Origin: a virus
Virus record (IMG/VR): IMGVR_UViG_3300030438_000078
Location: 92,994-156,993 of that record
Length of the DNA stretch: 64,000 nt
Reading direction: 5' to 3' (one strand)
This document shows, one piece after another, positions 18,861 to 28,554 of the stretch. Position 1 is the stretch's first letter. Each line of letters starts with the position of its first letter. The translations under genes were made by a program, and so were the position numbers. Below the pieces are notes generated by a model. It had not been told where the DNA came from. It ran no database searches and was given only the letters and a program-made list of their open reading frames with translations.

Positions 18861-20858
18861 TTAAAATTTAATTTTAAAAGGTTTATTATTAACTTTAATA
18901 ATTACTTCATTAGATTGAGTAAGAGAGAATCCCAAACCACTAAGCTGGTCATCACTATACTCAGTTTTAGCTTTAGAAGCTAATGCTTCAAATACTCTTC
19001 TATGATTTCTTTCAAGGTCACTTCTCAGATATTCGTTAAAGAAACCTCTTACAGGGTCAGGATTTTTACATCCTTCAATCATAAAGAATAAGTGTTTATT
19101 ACCCACTTCATTTCCTTCCCAATGATTAGGTGAGAACATAATAGATGATACTTTCTGGAACTTCATAGTATCAACATTCCATTCCTTAGTAGACTTAACT
19201 GAAGTAGAGCCTTCTGGAATAATAGGCTGAATAGATATAGTCTTATCTTTAGCTACTATAATATTAGCAACTTTTACAACTGTATCAACCATTTTATTAT
19301 AGTTAAACTTATGAAGTTCTCCATTAATTTCAATCTCTACTTCAAAACCTACATCGACACTTTCTCTTTTATTAAAGTTATTAATATAAACAGTGTAAGT
19401 TCCCACATTCAATCTATTAGGATCTGTCCACACAACATTTTCAACAGCATCTCTAACTGGACGATTAACATTCATATCAACATCAAGAGTTCCTCCAGAA
19501 ATACCATGTCTGTTACCAAAATAAATTTCTCCTCCTGCTGGTTGAACTACATGTAAATCCAAATCATCCAAATTAAACCAGTGAAGAGAAGCACGCATAA
19601 ATCCATCGACATTACCACCTGCAGCTTTAACTTTCTCTTTAAATGAGTCAGCAAGAGAACCATTATAAACCCATGCAAAGTTATTATTCCACTTAAATAA
19701 GTGTCCTGCATCTGGGTTTTCTGGAGCGGTTAAAGTTACTAAATTAGGAATATGTTTGTTTTCAACAAGAATAGAAACATCAGTAGAGCCTGGAAGAATA
19801 TCTTTCAAGAACTTATCTACAGATACTTCTTCAGCTTTAGTAAATGTCTTAGGATTAACAGTAGCTTCAGATATTAGAGATTCAAACATTCCTCCTTTCA
19901 TCTTAGCTTTAGTATCTCTGTTTACAAACAATACGTCATTAACAGAAATATCTTCTACTTTAGCATGACGACGAGGAAGTGCATCAGTAAGTCCTAATTC
20001 TTCTACAGTCTTCTGAGCAGCTTCAATCTGTTTCTTAGTAATTAATGCTGTAGGTCTTTTATAGTTAGAAGGAGCCATAATACTTTCATAAGCTCTTACA
20101 GCTCTTTCAAGATCCATTCCTTCACTTAGGTTAATAAGCAAAGTTCCCATAGCTGTATTTCTAATTTTAGCTACTTGAGATTTATAGTTTAACCAACAGT
20201 AATTAGAAAGGTTAGAAGTTGGAGCAGTTTTCTTAATTCTCAAAAATTCTTGTAGTCCTTTAAGGAATTCAGCACCACGATAGAGAGAGTTATCTTCAAT
20301 CAAATCAATAACTGTTTCTACTGATTCGTCAGTAAGTTCTTTAATAGAACGCTCAAGAACTTCTTTTCTTGCTCTTACATCACCTCTATAACCATCTACA
20401 GTATCAAATTCAAGATTTCTTTTGTTAAATTTAAATCTTTCTGGAATGGTTACATAAAGATGATGCCAAGTTCTTGTAGTACCATCAGTAAGTAATTGAA
20501 CATTATGGTCACAACCAAGAAATTCATTCACATCTTGAATAAAGATATTACATATAGCAGCTTGTTTAACTAACTTAGCCATTTCCTGAGCAGCTTTCTC
20601 GAATCCAGGAGAATGAACATCATCCCAGAAAGTTTTAGTTTCATAAGTCAATGGGTCAATAGCTACTACCTTTCCATAATGTCTAATGAAGGACTTACAA
20701 GCATTACAATTATGTTGCTGCCTTTCATCTGGGTCATCAAATGAGAGAAGATAAGCCGTCCAAAGCAAATCTTTATCTACATTAACTACAAAAAGGTTAT
20801 CACTAATCATATTGTTAAACGCAACTTCTACATCTTTCTTAAATCTGATAAATTCCAT
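18861..20858 (-). CDS. large hypothetical protein (665 aa)
   Basis: Long uninterrupted ORF on the coding strand; no motif I can name. Confidence 0.5.
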   Translation of the reverse strand: MEFIRFKKDVEVAFNNMISDNLFVVNVDKDLLWTAYLLSFDDPDERQQHNCNACKSFIRHYGKVVAIDPLTYETKTFWDDVHSPGFEKAAQEMAKLVKQAAICNIFIQDVNEFLGCDHNVQLLTDGTTRTWHHLYVTIPERFKFNKRNLEFDTVDGYRGDVRARKEVLERSIKELTDESVETVIDLIEDNSLYRGAEFLKGLQEFLRIKKTAPTSNLSNYCWLNYKSQVAKIRNTAMGTLLINLSEGMDLERAVRAYESIMAPSNYKRPTALITKKQIEAAQKTVEELGLTDALPRRHAKVEDISVNDVLFVNRDTKAKMKGGMFESLISEATVNPKTFTKAEEVSVDKFLKDILPGSTDVSILVENKHIPNLVTLTAPENPDAGHLFKWNNNFAWVYNGSLADSFKEKVKAAGGNVDGFMRASLHWFNLDDLDLHVVQPAGGEIYFGNRHGISGGTLDVDMNVNRPVRDAVENVVWTDPNRLNVGTYTVYINNFNKRESVDVGFEVEIEINGELHKFNYNKMVDTVVKVANIIVAKDKTISIQPIIPEGSTSVKSTKEWNVDTMKFQKVSSIMFSPNHWEGNEVGNKHLFFMIEGCKNPDPVRGFFNEYLRSDLERNHRRVFEALASKAKTEYSDDQLSGLGFSLTQSNEVIIKVNNKPFKIKF

Positions 20859-20860
20859 AA

Positions 20861-21058
20861 TTATTTCTTTTTGGTTAGTATATTGTGATTTAATTTTCTT
20901 AAAGTTTCAGAAGGTTCTTCATAAAATTTATCTTCACCTTCTTCAACTATGTCATAAACATAGAGAATTTGTTGAAATCTCATGTCGGAATAATTATCCA
21001 TAATCTCAACAATTTTGCGAATAATGGCTAAGTTATCTTTACGTCTATCATTAATCAT
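20861..21058 (-). CDS. hypothetical protein
   Basis: 65-aa ORF. Confidence 0.3.
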   Translation of the reverse strand: MINDRRKDNLAIIRKIVEIMDNYSDMRFQQILYVYDIVEEGEDKFYEEPSETLRKLNHNILTKKK

Positions 21059-21079
21059 TTTGAAAATGTTCTCATTATA

Positions 21080-21586
21080 TTAAACTCCGCTTTTCTGTTC
21101 AATTTCATATTTCTTTAAAATCTTGTTTTCTAATGATTTTAATTTGGTGATATAATCTGGATCTTCTGCATAATTTATTCTCTGTAAGAATCCATAATAG
21201 TCTTCTCCTTCTTTATATCTATTTAAGATATATCTCTTATAAGCGAATATACAGCTAATCCAGCTATCAAACTTGAAATATTTCATTTCATTTGAATTAT
21301 ATAATCCAAATAAATTGTAGTTCTCTAAACATAATCTTGATTTAAAATTTCCAGATTCTAGTATTGCTTGGGCAGTAATAATAGCTGGATTTGGAAACTC
21401 GTAATGCTTTAAAGTTTTATACAAAACTTCTTCATTTACTTCTTCTAGGAGATAGAACGGATGTTCAGGAAGTAATACTACATTTTCTATACTATATACA
21501 TTTTTGTGCATCCAATGATGCCAAGAATATCCGACAAAAAATCCGAATATTATACTAAAAATCAAAATTAATCCTCTTACTTTCAT
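21080..21586 (-). CDS. membrane-anchored peptidoglycan hydrolase (GH73 glucosaminidase-like)
   Basis: N-terminal TM 'LILIFSIIFGFFVGY'; 'AQAILESGNFKS...NYNLFGL' matches the GH73 'AQAxLESGwG...NNxFGi' catalytic region. Confidence 0.55.
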   Translation of the reverse strand: MKVRGLILIFSIIFGFFVGYSWHHWMHKNVYSIENVVLLPEHPFYLLEEVNEEVLYKTLKHYEFPNPAIITAQAILESGNFKSRLCLENYNLFGLYNSNEMKYFKFDSWISCIFAYKRYILNRYKEGEDYYGFLQRINYAEDPDYITKLKSLENKILKKYEIEQKSGV

Positions 21587-21629
21587 TTTATTTATTTTAA
21601 AGTTAGTGTATACAAAAATACCCCAGTAA

Positions 21630-22313
21630 TTATTGATTACTGAGGTAGTCAGAAACTAGTCTATAAGCTTCTTGTAATAAACTTATTGTTGGTTTCATTT
21701 TATTGTCTATTACAATTATTTTATAAATATTGAGAACTTCTTTATAATAAATGGAAGTACAAGTTAAGAAGATTTGAACATCTTCATTAATACTTCCAGT
21801 ATTGAATTCCTGTTTAAATAATTGAGACAAAGCACTTATTTCTTGTATATTCCAAGTAGATTTTGGCTTCTCTAATGTTTTTAACATTAATGAAGAACAT
21901 TTATTTCTTTTAACTTTAGAGTTTATTATTTCTCTATTAAAAGTTAATGCACTCTTTTCTGGAGAATTATTTAATGCTTGCTGAATCTTAGTAACAGCAG
22001 GCATTTCACCAGTAGAAGAACCCTTTTGTATGGGTTCTTTTAATGCCTTGATAATAGATAATGGAGAAATAAAATCTTTAATTTGTTGAGCATTCCACAA
22101 TAGTAATTTTCCATTATTATCTCTGACAGTAACCATATATTTAGTCCCGCCATTGAAAGGAATTACTACTTGCAAATCAGCATCAGTATTTTTGCTAAAA
22201 TGGTCAGATACTCTAATTTTGATGTTTCCTACAACAAAATATCTAGACTCTGTTGTTTCTGCATAAATAATGCTGTCTGCGGTTGCTTGTAAATACTTTT
22301 CTAATCTAGTCAT
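21630..22313 (-). CDS. hypothetical protein
   Basis: 227-aa ORF. Confidence 0.45.
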   Translation of the reverse strand: MTRLEKYLQATADSIIYAETTESRYFVVGNIKIRVSDHFSKNTDADLQVVIPFNGGTKYMVTVRDNNGKLLLWNAQQIKDFISPLSIIKALKEPIQKGSSTGEMPAVTKIQQALNNSPEKSALTFNREIINSKVKRNKCSSLMLKTLEKPKSTWNIQEISALSQLFKQEFNTGSINEDVQIFLTCTSIYYKEVLNIYKIIVIDNKMKPTISLLQEAYRLVSDYLSNQ

Positions 22314-22570
22314 AAAAATTTATTAATTTATTAAATGATCCGACTGTGGACTCACAACAACTTGAATCAAGTACTCTACAGATTGAGCTAAGCCGGAATT
22401 GTATTAATCATCAGAATAGGTACTAAGACGAATTCCACTAATCATAGTCATAAATCCCATAATACCTATTCCAGCACAATGGTCTCCAGATAACCCGTCT
22501 TTAAATACTATAGTAATTACTATTAAAGCAAATCCAAGTATTATTGTTACTAAAGATACTATTATATTTT

Positions 22571-22777
22571 TCATTTTATTATTTTATTTATTATATCATA
22601 AGCAAAATAGCATATTCCAGCTATAGGAATCCAAATAAGACCTCCTATACAAAAAGCATAAATATATTCTACAGGTTTTGTTATTGTTAAACCTATCAAA
22701 TAACAAGGTGCTATAATTACTAAATAAATTACTACTGATAGTATAGGGGTTAAAATAATCTTTAATAATGTTTTCAT
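22571..22777 (-). CDS. small membrane protein
   Basis: 68 aa, two hydrophobic segments. Confidence 0.35.
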   Translation of the reverse strand: MKTLLKIILTPILSVVIYLVIIAPCYLIGLTITKPVEYIYAFCIGGLIWIPIAGICYFAYDIINKIIK

Positions 22778-23637
22778 TTTAATTTTCTTTTTTGTCCATG
22801 ATACTCTATGCCTCTAAATGAGGTTTCTTCATCAAATCCCAATCGTTCAATAGTTAAAGAATTTTCTAATTTTTCTTTTTCTTTTTGTAAACGATTATAA
22901 GTTCTTAAATATTCTTCATTCTTTAGTTGTTGTTCTTTTTTCCATTTCTTACGATTTTTCTTTTTAATCCTTTTATATTCAGCAGTATAAATCTTTCGAT
23001 CTTTATAAGACATTCTTTCAGGCTCTTTATATTCGCAAGGTATAAAGCATTTAGATATATTACTATGTAACCATTCTGAGCATTTTGTTTTAGTATTTTT
23101 GTAATACGCATTTTCAAATGCTATTATGATATTTCTAGTAATTTCTGCTTCGTGTGTTAAATATAAAACATCATAAGCACTATTTCCAAAGAATATTTTA
23201 AAGGTATTATAGATTTCGTCAGTTATTGGGTATTTTTCAATATTCCATTTATATTTGACTGGGGTTGATCTTTTAGGTTTTTCTTTTACTTTATATTTCT
23301 GAATATTATAATTTTCATCAACATAAAAACCTCCTCTAAAATTCCCATGCCAATCTCTATCTTGATTAAATTTCTCTAAAAATATTTCTCTTGCTGTTAA
23401 GTTATAGGCTTTTATATTTCCATATCTTTTTAAAAAATCAGAATATACTTTACCAAAAGGTTTTCCAATAGATTTATTTAAGATAGTTCTAACAATTCCT
23501 TTTAATGAACCATATTCATCACAGCCATGCCACCAATGTTTAAAATCATAAGTATGGCTTCTTCTCATACATTCCCTATATTTAGGTACTTGAACATTAA
23601 ATTCTTCCATATTTAACATATTAAAGTTTGTGGACAC
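22774..23637 (-). CDS. hypothetical basic protein
   Basis: 287-aa ORF with K/R-rich C-terminus. Confidence 0.45.
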   Translation of the reverse strand: MSTNFNMLNMEEFNVQVPKYRECMRRSHTYDFKHWWHGCDEYGSLKGIVRTILNKSIGKPFGKVYSDFLKRYGNIKAYNLTAREIFLEKFNQDRDWHGNFRGGFYVDENYNIQKYKVKEKPKRSTPVKYKWNIEKYPITDEIYNTFKIFFGNSAYDVLYLTHEAEITRNIIIAFENAYYKNTKTKCSEWLHSNISKCFIPCEYKEPERMSYKDRKIYTAEYKRIKKKNRKKWKKEQQLKNEEYLRTYNRLQKEKEKLENSLTIERLGFDEETSFRGIEYHGQKRKLK

Positions 23638-23664
23638 GCAGAGGTTCGAACTCTATCTTCCAGA

Positions 23665-24270
23665 TTATCGTATCCTCTGCGAACTTTCATTTAAATTGCC
23701 ATAATTTTCAGTAAGAGCGTGACAATTTGGACATAAAAGTTCTAAGTTATCTTCATTATTATTAAGACAATTTCCATCTTTATGATGAACTTGTAATGGA
23801 ATTAATCCAGAATAGGGATTTGTTTCATGCCATCTGCATTTACAACATTTACTATCATATTTCTCAAAAATATATCTTCTAAGATAATTTGATAATTGAT
23901 CATTTCCCTTAATTCCTGTTTCTTCTCCATTTTTCCATCTTTCAATATAAGTTGTATAGGCATGTTCTTGTTGACATTTATACGAGCAGTATTTTTTATT
24001 TTCGGAAGGTAATTGTTTTCCACATACTAGACAATAACGAGCATTTTTGTTCTTATTAAAATGTTCATTATTATTAATTGTTCTTCTTTTTGGGAGTTCT
24101 ATACCTAATTTCTTAGCTTGTTTCTTAATATTTGCCCCAGTACAACCATATCGTCTACCTATTTCCTCGTAAGATAATTTATCTTCAAAGATAAGTTGTT
24201 CTAATTCTTCTTTAATATATTTACCCATAAGTGGACCGTGTGAGATTTGAACTCCTCTTTCATCTTGCAA
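23665..24270 (-). CDS. HNH homing endonuclease with N-terminal HTH
   Basis: 'VHHKDGNCLNNNEDNLELLCPNCH' HNH motif; N-terminal 'IGRRYGCTGANIKKQAKKLG' HTH; the start is more likely the internal Met at 24228, which avoids overlap with the tRNA-like element at 24232-24304. Confidence 0.65.
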   Translation of the reverse strand: MQDERGVQISHGPLMGKYIKEELEQLIFEDKLSYEEIGRRYGCTGANIKKQAKKLGIELPKRRTINNNEHFNKNKNARYCLVCGKQLPSENKKYCSYKCQQEHAYTTYIERWKNGEETGIKGNDQLSNYLRRYIFEKYDSKCCKCRWHETNPYSGLIPLQVHHKDGNCLNNNEDNLELLCPNCHALTENYGNLNESSQRIR

Positions 24271-24304
24271 GGATGATGTGCTCCCAGGTTACACTACACA
24301 GCCC
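24232..24304 (-). tRNA. tRNA-like gene, possibly tRNA-Ala (UGC) with atypical T-arm
   Basis: Acceptor GGGCTGT/ACGGTCC (two G.U), anticodon stem TCATC/GATGA with loop CTTGCAA, T-loop TTCAAAT but T-stem pairs poorly. Confidence 0.35.
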
Positions 24305-24461
24305 ATGTTACAAATTTTCTTTTTAATTGGTGAATATTTGCTAAAATGTCCACGACTAGGATTCTGTCACCTAATCACACCAGATAAGTTTTTGTATTGA
24401 CATTTACCTATACCTCGCCAAGGCTGGCTTCAACTTAAACTCGGAACAGATTTTTGTGGGT

Positions 24462-24535
24462 ATGGTAGGATTCGAACCTACTATCTTCTGCTTAACAGCA
24501 GTAGCTTATACCACTTAAGCTTCACTCCAATATCA
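24462..24535 (-). ncRNA. degenerate tRNA-like element (T-arm GTAGG-TTCGAAT-CCTAC, no matching 5' acceptor strand)
   Basis: Canonical T-arm and a D-arm-like hairpin (GCTTA-AGTGGTA-TAAGC) but the 5' partner of the 3' acceptor strand (CATACCC) is absent and no 7-nt anticodon loop can be formed. Confidence 0.3.
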
Positions 24536-24754
24536 TCCTCTTACATCTGTAAGTACCCCTTTGGTACTTACCTTTTCAATGATACATTATTTTCTAATAA
24601 TTAGCATTCCAGTAGGAGTCATAGCATATGTCTCTTCTACCTTGTTAATGTACCATTTAGTTGCTTTCTTCACGAGATTCATTACCTTTTTCATAAAATT
24701 TTAAGTTTTAAGTTAATAATTAAAAATCTAGATAGAGCTGCAAGAAGGAAGTCG

Positions 24755-24840
24755 TTGCGGATACAAGATTCGAACTTGTGACACCTTATGAGTGTTCCAG
24801 CTTATGAGACTGGCGAGATAGACCACTTCTCTAATCCGCG
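24755..24840 (-). tRNA. tRNA-Met-like (anticodon CAU) with 17-nt extra hairpin duplicating the anticodon loop
   Basis: D-arm GAGA-AGTGGTCTA-TCTC, anticodon arm CCAGT-CTCATAA-GCTGG, then ACAC-TCATAAG-GTGT hairpin (CTCATAAG repeated twice), T-arm ACAAG-TTCGAAT-CTTGT, acceptor CGCGGAT/ATCCGCA; 86 nt. Confidence 0.5.
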
Positions 24841-24896
24841 ATATTAATTAATTATAAAAGAGAATTTAGATTACAATTTTTAAACTTATCTTTTAG

Positions 24897-24970
24897 AGCA
24901 GAGTAACAGATTCGAACTGTCTCCTCGACCTTGGAAGGGTTACGTGCTGACCATTAAACACCAACTCTGC
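24897..24970 (-). tRNA. tRNA-Gly (anticodon UCC)
   Basis: Acceptor GCAGAGT/ACTCTGC, anticodon loop CTTCCAA, T-arm GACAG-TTCGAAT-CTGTT; 74 nt. Confidence 0.75.
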
Positions 24971-25012
24971 AAATGGGAGTTATACGATACCCCCAAAACG
25001 TATATATATAGT

Positions 25013-25342
25013 TTAGTTAAGTGTTAATCCTTGAGCATCAATTTCTGCAACAATCTTAATTGCTGCAATTTTAGAAGGATTTCCCTTTATTTTATTATAA
25101 AGAGTAATATCCCTTGCTTCATTAACTTGGTCTGGAACATTCATTTTTGACTTTCCCTTTTCAACAGTTTTCCAAGATACTACTTCGCATTTAGTAATAT
25201 CATAGACACTATCATTTCTATCTATATATACTTTAAAGAAATTCTTTTTGTAGTTGAATTTTTCAATTCTTTTAAAGTTCTTTACTGTTGCATGAAATTT
25301 CAAATCACAAGTTCCGTTTTGTTTAAAAATCAATTCTGCCAT
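25013..25342 (-). CDS. hypothetical protein
   Basis: 109-aa ORF. Confidence 0.4.
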   Translation of the reverse strand: MAELIFKQNGTCDLKFHATVKNFKRIEKFNYKKNFFKVYIDRNDSVYDITKCEVVSWKTVEKGKSKMNVPDQVNEARDITLYNKIKGNPSKIAAIKIVAEIDAQGLTLN

Positions 25343-25383
25343 AAAATTAATTCAATTAAAATTAAACTCAAAGTTAAAAATTG

Positions 25384-25743
25384 TTAATCCTCTATTTTAT
25401 AGAAAATATTAGGATATTTATCAAGAATTTCAGTTACAAACTCTTCTGCTTCTTCAACAGTATCAAAGTAATAACATTCTTTATGCTCTTTAGAGAATTT
25501 TAATATAACATGAGGATTGTAATATACTACCCCATTCTCTAAATAAGCTTCATATTTTGGTAATTCCCTTACCATTTCTTCTTCAGTATAAGTATCTAAC
25601 CAAAATTCCCAATAATCATAAGGCTGTTTCCACCAAAGGAATTTATGAACGCCTACTTTATGTTCCCAATGTGGATCTATTTCCTTTTTGAGAAAAATAA
25701 TTTCTCTAATTAGATTCCCATTAATATATTCTGCCATAATCAA
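25384..25743 (-). CDS. hypothetical protein
   Basis: 119-aa ORF. Confidence 0.4.
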   Translation of the reverse strand: MIMAEYINGNLIREIIFLKKEIDPHWEHKVGVHKFLWWKQPYDYWEFWLDTYTEEEMVRELPKYEAYLENGVVYYNPHVILKFSKEHKECYYFDTVEEAEEFVTEILDKYPNIFYKIED

Positions 25744-26153
25744 TCATAATAATCCGGACAATCGGACCCATTTAGATTTTTATAATTTTTATCACAATTT
25801 CCATGATTAAAATGTGTACAAGAGAAACAATCAAACCAAGTAATGGGTTCTTCAGCTTCTTGTTTTACCCGTTTCTTGGAATTATGTCTGTCTTTTCTAT
25901 TCTTAATCTTACTTTCTATTTTTTCCATTGTAGTTCTATAAGGAACTGTACAATTCTTTAAAATCTTAGCATACTTGCTATCATTCAAAAAATCTACAAT
26001 AGATTCACAGATTTTACGATTTTTCCTAGTTATTTTTCCACTCTTTATTCCATTAACAGGAATATACCAATGCATACCAGAGTTATAAACTCTCTTAACT
26101 CTTGAAAGCCATTTTCTTTTAGATTGCTCTCTTCTTTCTCCTCTAGTCTTCAT
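25740..26153 (-). CDS. hypothetical basic protein with C-terminal Cys/His cluster
   Basis: 137 aa; 'CFSCTHFNHGNCDKNYKNLNGSDCPDYYD'. Confidence 0.4.
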   Translation of the reverse strand: MKTRGERREQSKRKWLSRVKRVYNSGMHWYIPVNGIKSGKITRKNRKICESIVDFLNDSKYAKILKNCTVPYRTTMEKIESKIKNRKDRHNSKKRVKQEAEEPITWFDCFSCTHFNHGNCDKNYKNLNGSDCPDYYD

Positions 26154-26170
26154 AAATTAGGATTAACAAA

Positions 26171-26866
26171 TTAATAGGTTTTTAATTCTATTCTTTCGTC
26201 TACATATCTTCCAGTAGCTATAATAGTACAACCTTTAGGAAGATTCCACTTTCTTATAGTTCTAATTAAAGCCTTAACACTTCTACATTTCCAACAACAA
26301 CTACTTGTCCAAATACCTAATTCATCAGGCAATAGAAATCTTTTAATATAAGAACTATAGTCTAGAGAATAATCTTCTAGATAGACATCAATAAAGAAAT
26401 AATATTTTCTTCTCCTTTGGTCTCTATAGAGATAGTTTTTATGTTTCATCCAGTAATATCTTTTAACTATCTTTATTTTAGATTTCTCTTCTGGATATTT
26501 AAAAGTATCATATTCACTGGTTCCATTCAAGACAGAATCAACAAATTCATTATAGACTTCTCTCATTCTTTGCTGAACAAATTCAAACGGACAATCTTTA
26601 ATAAGAAAGTAATCAAGACTTTGTGGAGTATTCATTACTGGTCTTTCACATACTTCCATATTTTCTTTAGTCCAATAATTATATACATAGTTGTATACAT
26701 GAATTACTGTACCATTAGGACAAGTATATGTCTTATTCTTTGCCCACTCTAGAAATTTCTGATATTCTTCATAATCAGAAAGATAAGTTTTATCTATTCC
26801 TGCCATATTAATATAAATCTTTAGAACATAATAATTTAATATTAGGAAAGGCTCTACTTTCTTCAT
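26171..26866 (-). CDS. hypothetical protein
   Basis: 231-aa ORF. Confidence 0.45.
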   Translation of the reverse strand: MKKVEPFLILNYYVLKIYINMAGIDKTYLSDYEEYQKFLEWAKNKTYTCPNGTVIHVYNYVYNYWTKENMEVCERPVMNTPQSLDYFLIKDCPFEFVQQRMREVYNEFVDSVLNGTSEYDTFKYPEEKSKIKIVKRYYWMKHKNYLYRDQRRRKYYFFIDVYLEDYSLDYSSYIKRFLLPDELGIWTSSCCWKCRSVKALIRTIRKWNLPKGCTIIATGRYVDERIELKTY

Positions 26867-27116
26867 TTATTTGTCCAGCTTCTAAGGCTATTTTATAACC
26901 TTCTTCTCTGCTTACAAATCTTCCTTTAGAAGTGTAGAAGCCTTGAGCATTTGGTGTAATATCCATTTCATCAGGAAACCTTTGATAAATATCATGATGT
27001 CGATAACCTAACTCTATATCAAGTATATCATTAGTTCCTTCATGATATGGATTTCCACAGGATTCTCTCCTTTTTAACCTCTTAACAGCAGCACACAAAA
27101 TATATTCTCTGTTCAT
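26808..27116 (-). CDS. hypothetical protein
   Basis: 102-aa ORF. Confidence 0.35.
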   Translation of the reverse strand: MNREYILCAAVKRLKRRESCGNPYHEGTNDILDIELGYRHHDIYQRFPDEMDITPNAQGFYTSKGRFVSREEGYKIALEAGQINEESRAFPNIKLLCSKDLY

Positions 27117-27619
27117 TACCAGTCAGTACATAAAGCAAGTTTAATAGTTTCTTCTCCTAATATACCAATAGCTTGTTGAGCAAGTTCCTTTGATTTAAAA
27201 TAAACTATATCAGAAATATAAACAGTCGCACAACCAATTTCTATTTTTCTATTACATATTCTAAGATAATATTTATTTTCTTCATAAGTACTATTCCAAT
27301 TAGGTTGCCAATCACCATTAAGATATTTAGCAACATTCATTAGTTGAATAATTGCTAACAGTTTTTTTACCTGTTTTTCAGAAGTACAGTTACTTCTAAA
27401 CTCCCTATTATTCAAAAGAATCATACTATCAAGATCATCTACCCTTTTGCGAGCCCATCCCGTATTGTCCATATAGTATATAGGTCTATCAAAAAACAAT
27501 TCTTCATATACATCATCAAGAGAAAGTTTCTTTCTAAATCTAACCTCTCCATCAACTATATAGGATTCCATTCCTTCAGGAACCTCTATTTTGACTCCAT
27601 TTATTTCCATGTTAATCAA
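27116..27619 (-). CDS. hypothetical protein, paralog family member 1
   Basis: C-terminal '...W.PNW......KYY..I.N.KI.IG......YF...KELA..AI.ILGEE' shared with 33732..34445 and 34820..35305. Confidence 0.45.
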   Translation of the reverse strand: MINMEINGVKIEVPEGMESYIVDGEVRFRKKLSLDDVYEELFFDRPIYYMDNTGWARKRVDDLDSMILLNNREFRSNCTSEKQVKKLLAIIQLMNVAKYLNGDWQPNWNSTYEENKYYLRICNRKIEIGCATVYISDIVYFKSKELAQQAIGILGEETIKLALCTDW

Positions 27620-28094
27620 TCATTAGATAATCTTTAACCAGCTGTTCATTATTTTTCAGGAATTCATTACGTTGGTATGCTGTGTGAAACGATAGAAAAT
27701 GATATGTATTACTTAATTCTATAGATTTTATTCTATTACCCACTCTTTGAATCATATATTTTAGCTTTTTATCGGACCATTCTTTATCAGTAATTTCTCC
27801 TCCGTAATAAGGCATAAGCTGAGAAATCATAGCCATAGCAAGCATAGATTTAGCTACTTTTTCTGATGCTACTATATTTCTATTATTATTATTAGCTAAT
27901 ATACTATGAATACCTATTATTCCACTAGCAGTCCCTATATAATAACCTTTAATAGTAGTGTTAGTATCAATTAAATCTTGATAGGTTCTGATTACTGGCT
28001 CTTTCTTCTCTTCTTTTTTCTCGTCTTTTTTCTCTTCTTTTTTAATGATTTTAACTTCGCAATCGTCTGGTATTTCTATTGTTACTGTTTTCAT
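27612..28094 (-). CDS. hypothetical protein
   Basis: 160-aa ORF; KKEE-repeat linker. Confidence 0.4.
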   Translation of the reverse strand: MKTVTIEIPDDCEVKIIKKEEKKDEKKEEKKEPVIRTYQDLIDTNTTIKGYYIGTASGIIGIHSILANNNNRNIVASEKVAKSMLAMAMISQLMPYYGGEITDKEWSDKKLKYMIQRVGNRIKSIELSNTYHFLSFHTAYQRNEFLKNNEQLVKDYLMID

Positions 28095-28554
28095 AATTTT
28101 CTATAATTTTTTCTATACTATTTAAAGTACCTTTTATTGATTTATTTACAATTCCATATATTATAAATAACTCTTTTGCCTTTGTTTCATTAGATTTACC
28201 TTTTCCAAACAATATATCTTTTGCTTCAGATATAATTGCTTCGATAGGTCTATACATATCTTCAGTAATATAAGGTCTAAGATACTCTATAAATTCAGCT
28301 AATTCATCGCTTTTCTTCTTTTTCTTTTTAGGGATATAATAATCTATTATCATATCAAAATCGTATTTCAACATAATATCAGATTTATCAATAACATCTA
28401 AATAATCAATAACTTGACTTTCAATAGATGTTTCTGATAATTTATATCCTAAAAATTCTTCTCCTGGGATAACTTCAAAGTTATGCTCAATAGGAACAAT
28501 TTTTCTAACTATCTTATGATTACTTAATGCTACAAAACATACCTTAGTTACCAT
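28051..28554 (-). CDS. hypothetical protein
   Basis: 167-aa ORF. Confidence 0.4.
   Translation of the reverse strand: MVTKVCFVALSNHKIVRKIVPIEHNFEVIPGEEFLGYKLSETSIESQVIDYLDVIDKSDIMLKYDFDMIIDYYIPKKKKKKSDELAEFIEYLRPYITEDMYRPIEAIISEAKDILFGKGKSNETKAKELFIIYGIVNKSIKGTLNSIEKIIENYENSNNRNTRRLRS

Noticed and set aside
24541-24570. Strong 9-bp hairpin GTAAGTACC-CCTTT-GGTACTTAC next to the tRNA cluster
   Set aside because: Could be a terminator or processing hairpin but only four T's follow and no gene ends there on the plus strand; insufficient to call.
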